The position numbers and the translations under genes were made by a program. A stretch of DNA of 64,000 nucleotides from Eledone cirrhosa. Lineage: Eukaryota. Positions 53,601 through 64,000 of this stretch are shown in pieces. The first letter of the stretch is position 1. The number at the start of each line of letters is the position of its first letter. The notes below the pieces were generated by a model. The model worked only from the letters and a program-made list of their open reading frames with translations, ran no database searches and was not told the origin of the DNA. Where the stretch lies: positions 358,174,001 to 358,238,000 of the forward strand of contig OZ024742.1 of the NCBI GenBank assembly GCA_964016885.1, written 5' to 3'.

Positions 53601-56600
53601 TGACTTGCATCTTTAACTATGGTGTAATGTTGTAAATGATACCTTGATCTGACTCATCAGTTTTGACTTGCCTCTCTAACTATTGTGTAATGTTATAAAT
53701 GATACCTTGATCTGACTCACCAGTCTTGACTTGCCTCTCGAACTATTGTGTAATGTTGTAAATGATACCTTGATCTGACTCACCAGTCTTGACTTGCCTC
53801 TCTAACTATTGTGTAATGCTGTAAATGATACCTTAATATGACTCACCAGTCTTGACTTGCCTCTCTAACTATTGTGTAATGTTGTAAATGATACCTTTAT
53901 CTGACTCACCAGTCTTGACTTGCCTTTCTAACTATTGTGTAATGTTGTAAATGATACCTTAATATGACTCACCAGTCTTGACTTGCCTCTCTAACAATGG
54001 TGTAATGTTGTAAATGATACCTTGATCTGACTCACCAGTCTTGACTTGCCTCTCTAACTATTGTGTAATGCTGCAAATGATACCTTGATATGACTCACCA
54101 GTCTTGACTTGCCACTCTAACTATTGTGTAATGTTGTAATTGATACCTTGATCTGAATCACCAGTCTTGACTTGGCTCTCTAACTATTGTGTAATGTTGT
54201 AAATGATACCTTGATTTGACTCACCACTCTTGTCTTGCCTCTCTAAATATTGTGTAATGCTGCAAATGATACCTTGATCTGACTCACCAGTCTTGTCTTG
54301 CCTCTCTAAATATTGTGTAATGCTGCAAATGATACCTTGATCTGACTCACCAGTCTTGACTTGCCTTTCTAACTATTGTGTAATGCTGCAAATGATACTT
54401 GATCTGACTCACCAGTCTAGACTAGCCTCGCTAACTATTGTGTAATGTTATAAATGATACCTTGATCTGACTCACCAATCTTGACTTGCCTCTCTAACTA
54501 TTGTGTAATGCTGCACATGATATGTTGATCTGACTCACCAGTCTTGACTTGCCTCTCTAACTATTGTGTAATGCTGCAAATGATACTTGATCTGACTCAC
54601 CAGTCTTGACATGTCTTTCTAACTATTGTGTAATGTTTTAAATGATACCTTGATCTGACTCACCAATCTTGACTTGCCTCTCTAACTATTGTGTAATGCT
54701 GCAAATGATATGTTGATCTGACTCACCAGTCTTGACTTGCCTCTCTAACTATTGTGTAATGCTGCAAATGTTAATTGATCTGACTCACCAGTCTTGACTT
54801 GCCTCTCTAACTATTGTGTAATGTTTTAAATGATACCTTGATCTGACTCACCAATCTTGACTTGCTTCTCTAACTATTGTGTAATGCTGCAAATGATAGC
54901 TTTATCTGACTCACCAGTCTTGAGTTGCCTCTCTAACTATTGTGTAATGCTGCAAATGATACCTTGATCTGACTCACCAGTCTTGACTTGCCTTTCCAAC
55001 TATTGTGTAATGCTGCACATGATAGGTTGATCTGACTCTGCAGTCTTGACTTGCCTCTCTAACTATTGTGTAATGTTGTAAATGATACTTTTATCTGACA
55101 CACCGGTCTAGACTTGCCTCTCTAGCTATTGCGTGATGTTGTAAATGATAACTTGATCTGACTCACCAGTCTTGACTTGCCTCTCTAACTATCGTATAAT
55201 GCTGCACATGATATGTTGATCTGACTCACCAGTCTAGACTTGCGTCTCTAACTATTGTGTAAAGTTGTAAATGATACCTTTATCAGACTCACCGGTCTAG
55301 ACTTGCCTCTCTAGCTATTGCATGATATTGTAAATGATAACTTGATGTGACTCACCAGTCTTGACATGCCTCTCTAACTATTGTGGAATGTTATAAATGA
55401 TACCTTGATCTGACTCACCAGTCTTGACTTGCATCTCTAACTATTGTGTAATGCTGCAAATGATACCTTCATCTGACTCACCAGTCTTGACTTGCCTCTC
55501 TAACTATTGTGTAATGCTGAAAATGATATCTTAATCTGACTCACCAGTCTTGACTTGCCTCTCTAACTATTGTTTAATGTTGTAAATGATACCTTTATCT
55601 GACTCACCAGTCTTGTCTTGCCTCTCTAACTATTGTGTAATGCTGCAAATGATACCTTCATCTGACTCACCAGTTTGACCTGCCTCTCTAACTATTGTGT
55701 AATGCTGTAAATGATACCTTGATCTGACTCACCAGTCTAGACTTGGCTCTCTAGCTATTGCGTAATGTTGTAAATGATGACTTGATCTGACTCACCAGTT
55801 TTGACTTGCCTCTCTAACTATTGTGTAATGTTATAAATGATACCTTGATCTGACTCACCAGTCATGTCTTGCCTCTCTAACTATTGTGGAATGTTGTAAA
55901 TGATACCATGATCTGACTCACCAGTCTTGACTTGCCTCTCTAACTATTGTGGAATGTTGTAAATGATAACTTGATCTGACTCACCAGTCTTGTCTTGCCT
56001 CTCTAAATATTGTGTTATGCTGCAAATGATACCTTGATCTGACTCACCAGCCTTGACTTGCCTCTCTAACTATTGAGTAATGCTGCAAATGATACCTTGA
56101 TCTGACTCATCAGTCTGGTCTTGCCTCTCTAACTATTGTGTAATGCTGCAAATGATACCTTGATTTGACTCACCAGTCTTGACTTACCTCTCGAACTATT
56201 GTGTAATGTTGTAAATGATACCTTGATCTGACTAATCCAGCCTTGACTTGCCTCTCTAACTATTGTGTAATGTTGTAAATGATACCTTGATCTGACTCAC
56301 CAGTCTTGACTTGCCTCTCTAACTATTGTGTAATGTTGTAAATGATACCTTTATCTGAGTCACCAGTCTTGACTTGCCTCTCTAACTATTGTGTAATGCT
56401 GTAAATGATACCTTAATATGACTCACCAGTCTTGACTTGCATCTTTAACTATGGTGTAATGTTGTAAATGATACCTTTATCTGACTCAACAGTCTTGACT
56501 TGCCTCTCTAACTATTGTGTAATGCTGCAAATGATGCCTTGATATGACTCACCAGTCTTGAGTTGCCAGTCTAAATATTGTGTAATGCTGCAAATGATAC

Positions 56601-59600
56601 CTTGATCTGACTCACCAGTCTTGACTTGCCTCTCTAACTATTGTGTAATGTTGTAAATTTTACCTTGATCTGACTCACCAGTCTTGACTTGCCTCTCTAA
56701 CTATCGTGTAATGTTAGAAATGATACCTTGATCTGACTCACCAGTCTTGTCTTGCCTCTCTAACTATTGTGTAATGCTGCAAATCATACTTGATCTGACT
56801 CACCAGTCTCGACTTTCCTCTCTAACTATTGTGTAATGCTGCAAATGATACCTTGATCTGACTCACCGGTCTAGACATGCCTTTCTAACTATTGTGTAAT
56901 GTTTTAAATGATACCTTGATCTGACTCACCAATCTTGACTTGCCTCTCTAACTATTCTAGAATGCTGCAAATGATAACTTGATCTGACTCACCAGTCTTG
57001 ACTTGCCTCTCGAACTATTGTGTAATGTTGTAAATGATACCTTGATCTGATTAATCCAGCCTTGACTTGCCTCTCTAACTATGGTGTAATGTTGTAAATG
57101 ATACCTTAATATGACTCACCAGTCTTGACTTGCATCTTTAACTATGGTGTAATGTTGTAAATGATACCTTTATCTGACTCAACAGTCTTGACTTGCCTCT
57201 CTAACTATTGTGTTATGCTGCAAATGATACCTTCATCTGACTCACCAGTCTTGTCTTGCCTCTCTAACTATTGTGTAATGCTGCAAATGATACCTTGATC
57301 TGACTCACCAGTCTTGACTTGCCTCTCTAACTATTGTGTAATGCTGTAAATGATACCTTGATCTGACTCACCAGTCTAGACTTAGCTCTCTTGCTATTGC
57401 GTAATGTTGTAAATGATGACTTGATCTGACTCACCAGTCTTGACTTGCCTCTCTCACTATTGTGTAATGCTGCAAATGATACCTTGATCTGACTCATCAG
57501 TCTTGTCTTGCCTCTCTAACTATTGTGTAATGTTGTAAATGATACCTTTATCTGAGTCACCAGTCTTGACTTGCCTCTCTAACTATTGTGTAATGCTGTA
57601 AATGATACCTTAATATAACTCACCAGTCTTGACTTGCCTCTTTAACTATGGTGTAATGTTGTAAATGATACCTTTATCTGACTCAACAGTCTTGACTTGC
57701 CTCTCTAACTATTGTGTAATGCTGCAAATGATACCTTGATATGACTAACCAGTCTTGAGTTGCCTCTGTAACTATTGTGTAATGTTGTAAATTTTACCTT
57801 GATCTGACTCACCAGTCTTGACTTGCCTCTCTAACTATTGTGTAATGCTGTAAATGATACCTTGATCTGACTCACCGGTCTAGACTTGCCTCTCTAACTA
57901 TTGTGGAATGTTGTAAATGATACCTTGATCTGACTCACCAGTCTTGACTTGCCTCTCGAACTATTGTGTAATGTTGTAAATGATACCTTGATCTGACTAA
58001 TCCAGCCTTGACTTGCCTCTCTAACTATTGTGTAATGTTGTAAATGATACCTTGATCTGACTCACCAGTCTTGACTTGCCTCTCTAACTATTGTGTAATG
58101 TTGTAAATGATACCTTTATCTGAGTCACCAGTCTTGACTTGCCTCTCTAACTATTGTGTAATGCTGTAAATGATACCTTAATATAACTCACCAGTCTTGA
58201 CTTGCCTCTTTAACTATGGTGTAATGTTGTAAATGATACCTTAATATGACTCACCAGTCTTGACTTGCATCTTTAACTATGGTGTAATGTTGTAAATGAT
58301 ACCTTTATCTGACACAACAGTCTTGACTTGCCTCTCTAACTATTGTGTAATGCTGCAAATGATGCCTTGATATGACTCACCAGTCTTGAGTTGCCAGTCT
58401 AAATATTGTGTAATGCTGCAAATGATACCTTGATCTGACTCACCAGTCTTGACTTGCCTCTCTAACTATTGTGTAATGTTGTAAATTTTACCATGATCTG
58501 ACTCACCAGTCTTTACTTGCCTCTCTAACTATCGTGTAATGTTAGAAATGATACCTTGATCTGACTCACCAGTCTTGTCTTGCCCCTCTAACTATTGTGT
58601 AATGCTGCAAATCATACTTGATCTGACTCACCAGTCTCGACTTGCCTTTCTAACTATTGTGTAATGTTTGAAATGATACCTTGATCTGACTCACCAATCT
58701 TGACTTGCCTCTCTAACTATTGTAGAATGCTGAAAATGATACCTTCATCTGATTCACCAGTTTTGACTTGCCTCTCTAACTATTGTGTAATGCTGCAAAT
58801 GATAACTTGATCTGACTCACCAGTCTTGACTTGCCTCTCGAACTATTGTGTAATGTTGTAAATGATACCTTGATCTGACTAATCCAGCCTTCCCTTGCCT
58901 CTCTAACTATTGTGTAATGTTGTAAATGATACCTTGATCTGACTCACCAGTCTTGACTTGCCTCTCTAACTATTGTGTAATGTTGTAAATGATACCTTTA
59001 TCTGAGTCACCAGTCTTGACTTGCCTCTTTAACTATGGTGTAATGTTGTAAATGATACCTTAATATGACTCACCAGTCTTGACTTGCATCTTTAACTATG
59101 GTGTAATGTTGTAAATGATACCTTTATCTGACTCAACAGTCTTGACTTGCCTCTCTGACTATTGTGTTATGCTGCAAATGATGCCTTGATATGACTCACC
59201 AGTCTTGAGTTGCCAGTCTAAATATTGTGTAATGCTGCAAATGATACCTTGATCTGACTCACCAGTCTTGACTTGCCTCTCTAACTATTGTGTAATGTTG
59301 TAAATTTTACCTTGATCTGACTCACCAGTCTTGACTTGCCTCTCTAACTATCGTGTAATGTTAGAAATGATACCTTGATCTGACTCACCAGTCTTGTCTT
59401 GCCTCTCTAACTATTGTGTAATGCTGCAAATCATACTTGATCTGACTCACCTGTCTCGACTTGCCTTTCTAACTATTGTGTAATGTTTTAAATGATACCT
59501 TGATCTGACTCACCAATCTTAACTTGCTTCTCTAACTATTGTGTAATGCTGCAAATGATAGCTTTATCTGACTCACCAGTCTTGAGTTGCCTCTCTAACT

Positions 59601-62600
59601 ATTGTGTAAGGCTGCAAATGATACCTTGATCTGACTCACCAGTCTTGTCTTGCCTCTCTAACTATTGTAGAATGCTGAAAATGATACCTTCATCTGATTC
59701 ACCAGTCTTGACTTGCCTCTCTAACTATTGTGTAATGTTGTAAATGATACCTTTATCTGAGTCACCAGTCTTGACTTGCCTCTCTAACTATTGTGTAATG
59801 CTGGAAATGATACCTTGATCTGACTCACCAGTCTTGGCCTGTCTCTCTAACTATTGTGTAATGCTGTAAATGATACCTTGATCTGACTCACCAGTCTAGA
59901 CTTGCCTCTCCAGCTATTGCGTAATGTTGTAAATGATGACTTGATCTGACTCACCAGTCTTGACTTGCCTCTCTAACTATTGTGTAATGCTGTAAATGAT
60001 ACCTTAATATGACTCACCTGTCTTGACTTGCCTCTCTAACTATGGTGTAATGATGTAAATGATACCTTGATCTGACTCACCAGTCTTGACTTTCCTCTCT
60101 AACTATTGTGTAATGCTGCAAATGATACCTTGATCTGACATATCAGTCTTGTCTTGCCTCTCTAACTATTGTGTAATGCTGCAAATGATACCTTGATTTG
60201 ACTCACCAGTCTTGACTTGCCTCTCTAACTATTGTGTAATGTTGTAAATGATACCTTTAAAAGACTCAGCAGTCTTGACTTGCCTCTCTAAATATTGTGT
60301 AATGTTGTAAATGATACCTTGATCTGATTCACCAGTCTTGAGTTGCCAGTCTAAATATTGTGTAATGCTGCAAATGATACCTTGATCTGACTCACCAGTC
60401 TTGACTTTGCTCTCTAACTATTGTGTAATGTTGTAAATTTTATCTTGATCTGACTCACCAGTCTTGACATGCCTCTCTAACTATTGTGTAATGTTGTAAA
60501 TGATATCTTGATCTGACTCACCAGTCTTGACTTGCCTCTCTAACTATTGTGTAATGTTGTAAATGATACCGTTATCTGAGTCACCAGTCTTGACTTGCCT
60601 CTCTAACTATTGTGTAATGCTGTAAATGATACCTTAATATTACTCACCAGTCATGACATGCCTCTCTAACTATGGTGTAATGTTGTAAATGATACCTTGA
60701 TCTGACTAACCAGTCTTGACTTGCCTCTCTAACTATTGTGTAATGTTGTAAATGATACCTTGATCTGACTCACCAGTCCTGACTTTCCTCTCTAACTATT
60801 GTGTAATGTTGTAAATGATACCTTCATCTGACTCACCAGTCTTGACTTTCCTCTATAACTATTGTGTAATGCTGCAAATGATAACTTGATCTGTCTCATC
60901 AGTCTTGTCTTGCCTCTCGAACTATTGTGTAATGTTGAAAATTATACCTTGATCTGACTCACCAGTCTTGACTTGTCTCTCTAACTATTGTGTAATGTTG
61001 TAAATGCTACCTTTATTTGAGTCACCAGTCTTGACTTTCCTCTCTAACTATTGTGTAATGCTGCAAATGATACCTTGATTTGACTCACCAGATTTGACAT
61101 GCTTCTCTAACTATTGTGTAATGCTGCAAATGATACCTTGATCTGACTCACCAGTCTTGACTTTCCTCTCTAACTATTGTGTAGTGCTGCAAATGATACC
61201 TTGATCTGACATAGCAGTCTTGTCTTGCTCTCTAACTATTGTGTAATGCTGCAAATGATACCTTGATTTGACTCACCAGTCTTGATTTGCCTCTCAAAAT
61301 ATTGTGTAATGTTGTAAATGATACCTTGATCTGACCCACCAGTCTTGACTTGCCTCTCTAACTATTGTGTAATGCTGCAAATGATACCTTGATCTGACTC
61401 ACCAGTCTTGTCTTGCCTCTCTAACTATTGTATTATGCTGCAAATGATACCTTTATCTGAGTCACCAGTCTTGACGTGCCTCTCTAACTATTGTGTAATG
61501 CTGTAAATGATACCTTAATATGACTCACCTGTCATGACTTGCCTCTCTAACTATGGTGTAATGTTGTAAATGATACCTTGATCTGACTAACCAGTCTTGA
61601 CTTGCCTCTCTAACTATTGTGTAATGTTGTAAATGATACCTTGATCTGACTCACCAGTCTTGACTTTCCTCTCTAACTATTGTGTACTGCTGCAAATGAT
61701 ACCTTGATCTGACTCATCAGTCTTGTCTTGCCTCTCTAACTATTGTGTAATGCTGCAAATGATACCTTGATTTGACTCACCAGACTTGACTTGCCTCTCT
61801 AACTATGATGTAATGCTGCAAATTATACCTTGATCTAACTCACCAGTCTTGTCTTGCCTCTCTAACTATTGTGTAATGCTGCAAATGATACCTGGATTTG
61901 ACTCACCAGTCTTGACTTGCCTCTCTAACTATTGTGAAATGTTGTAAATGATATCTTGATCTGACTCACCAGTCTTGATTTGCCTCGCTAACTATTGTGT
62001 AATGGTGCAAATGATACCATGATCTGACTTACCAGTCTTGACTTGCCTCTCTAACTATGGTATAATGTTGTAAATGATACCTTTAAAAGACTCAGCAGTC
62101 TTGACTTGCCTCTCTAAATATTGTGTAATGTTGTAAATGATACCTTGATCTGATTCACCAGTCTTGAGTTGCCAGTCTAAATATTGTGTAATGCTGCAAA
62201 TGATACCTTGATCTGACTCACCAGTCTTGACTTTGCTCTCTAAATATTGTGTAATGTTGTAAATTTTATCTTGATCTGACTCACCAGTCTTGACTTGCCT
62301 CTCTAACTATTGTGTAATGTTGTAAATGATATCTTGATCTGACTCACCAGTCTTGACTTGCCTCTCTAACTATTGTGTAATGTTGTAAATGATACCTTTA
62401 TCTGAGTCAGCAGTCTTGACTTGCCTCTCTAACTATTGTGTAATGCTGCAAATGATACCTTGATTTGACTCACCAGACTTGACTTGCCTCTCTAACTATG
62501 ATGTAATTCTGCAAATTATACCTTGATCTAACTCACCACTCTTGTCTTGCCTCTCTAACTATTGTGTAATGTTGTAAATGATACCTTGATCTGACTCACC

Positions 62601-64000
62601 AGTCTTGACTTGCCTCTCTAACTATTGTGTAATGTTGTAAATGATACCTTGATCTGACTCACCAGTCTTGACTTTCCTCTCTAACTATTGTGTAATGCTG
62701 CAGATGATACCTTGATCTGACTCATCAGTCTTGTCTTGCCTCTCTAACTATTGTGTAATGCTGCAAATGATACCTTGATTTGACTCACCAGACTTGACTT
62801 GCCTCTCTAACTATGGTGTAATGCTGCAAATTTTACCTCGATCTAACTCACCAGTCTTGTCTTGCCTCTCTAACTATTGTGTAATGTTGTAAATGATACC
62901 TTGATCTGACTCACCAGTCTTGACTTGCCTCTCTAACTATGGTGTAATGCTGCAAATTTTACCTCGATCTAACTCACCAGTCTTGTCTTGCCTCTCTAAC
63001 TATTGTGTAATGCTGTAAATGATACCTTGATCCGACTCACCAGTCTTGACTTGCCTCGCTAACTATTGTGTAATGCTGCAAATGATACCATGATCTGACT
63101 TACCAGTCTCGACTTGCCTCTCTAACTATGGTGTAATGTTGTAAATGATACCTTGATCTGATTCACCAGTCTTGAGTTGCCAGTCTAAATATTGTGTAAT
63201 GCTGCAAATGATACCTTGATCTGACTCACCAGTCTTGACTTTGCTCTCTAACTATTGTGTAATGTTGTAAATGATATCTTGATCTGACCCACCAGTCTTG
63301 AATTTCCTCTCTAACTATTGTGTAATGCTGCAAATGATACCTTGATCTGACTCATCAGTCTTGTCTTGCCTCTCTAACTATGGTGTAATGCTGTAAATGA
63401 TACCTTGATCTGACTCACCGGTCTAGACTTGCCTCTCTAGCTATTGCGTGATGTTGTAAATGATAACTTGATCTGACCCACCAGTCTTGACTTGCCTCTC
63501 TAACTATTGTGTAATGCTGCAAATGATACCTTGATCTGACTCACCAGTCTTGACTTTGCTCTCTAACTATTGTGTAATGTTGTAAATGATATCTTGATCT
63601 GACCCACCAGTCTTGAATTTCCTCTCTAACTATTGTGTAATGCTGCAAATGATACCTTGATTTGACTCACCAGTCTTGATTTGCCTCTCGAAATATTGTG
63701 TAATGTTGTAATTGATACCTTGATCTGACCCACCAGTCTTGACTTGCCTCTCTAACTATTGTGTAATGCTGCAAATGATACCTTGATCTGACTCACCAGT
63801 CTTGTCTTGCCTCTCTAACTATTTTATTATGCTGCAAATGATACCTTTATCTGAGTCACCAGTCTTGACTTGCCTCTTTAACTATTGTGTAATGCTGTAA
63901 ATGATACCTTAATATGACTCACCAGTCATGACTTGCCTCTCTAACTATTGTGTAATGTTGTAAATTATACCTTGATCTGACTCACCAGTCTTGACTTGCC
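47660..64000. repeat. 63-bp satellite array, ~260 monomers, continues past the window
   Basis: Consensus AATGATACCTTGATCTGACTCACCAGTCTTGACTTGCCTCTCTAACTATTGTGTAATG(C/T)TG(C/T)A. Confidence 0.98.

Noticed and set aside
47660-64000. Satellite as a CRISPR array or hammerhead array (minus strand CTGGTGAG/CTGATGAG)
   Set aside because: No unique spacers, no cas genes, eukaryotic context; no GAAA half of the core or supporting helices

Overview
Eukaryotic (metazoan) repeat-dense DNA with no confidently identifiable host gene. The (TA)n/(GT)n load, RTE LINEs and SINE types suggest a cephalopod such as Octopus (inference). Contents: a CR1-group LINE 3' end; three near-full-length but disrupted RTE LINEs of two families plus fragments; tRNA-derived SINEs that share RTE tails; two RT-less Penelope-like (GIY-YIG) remnants; an apparently intact, young Ty3/Gypsy LTR retrotransposon (38125-44232); an internally deleted Tigger; and a >16 kb 63-bp satellite running off the window end. 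The main hidden signal, absent from the ORF track, is about 10 type I hammerhead ribozyme motifs read by eye. Four sit one per unit in a ~430-bp retrozyme-like repeat arranged as an inverted double dimer (25.46-27.05 kb). Four others share an unusual helix II with a C.Y mismatch at position 4, two of them with a 70-80 nt loop II. All folds are manual; none was computed or tested.
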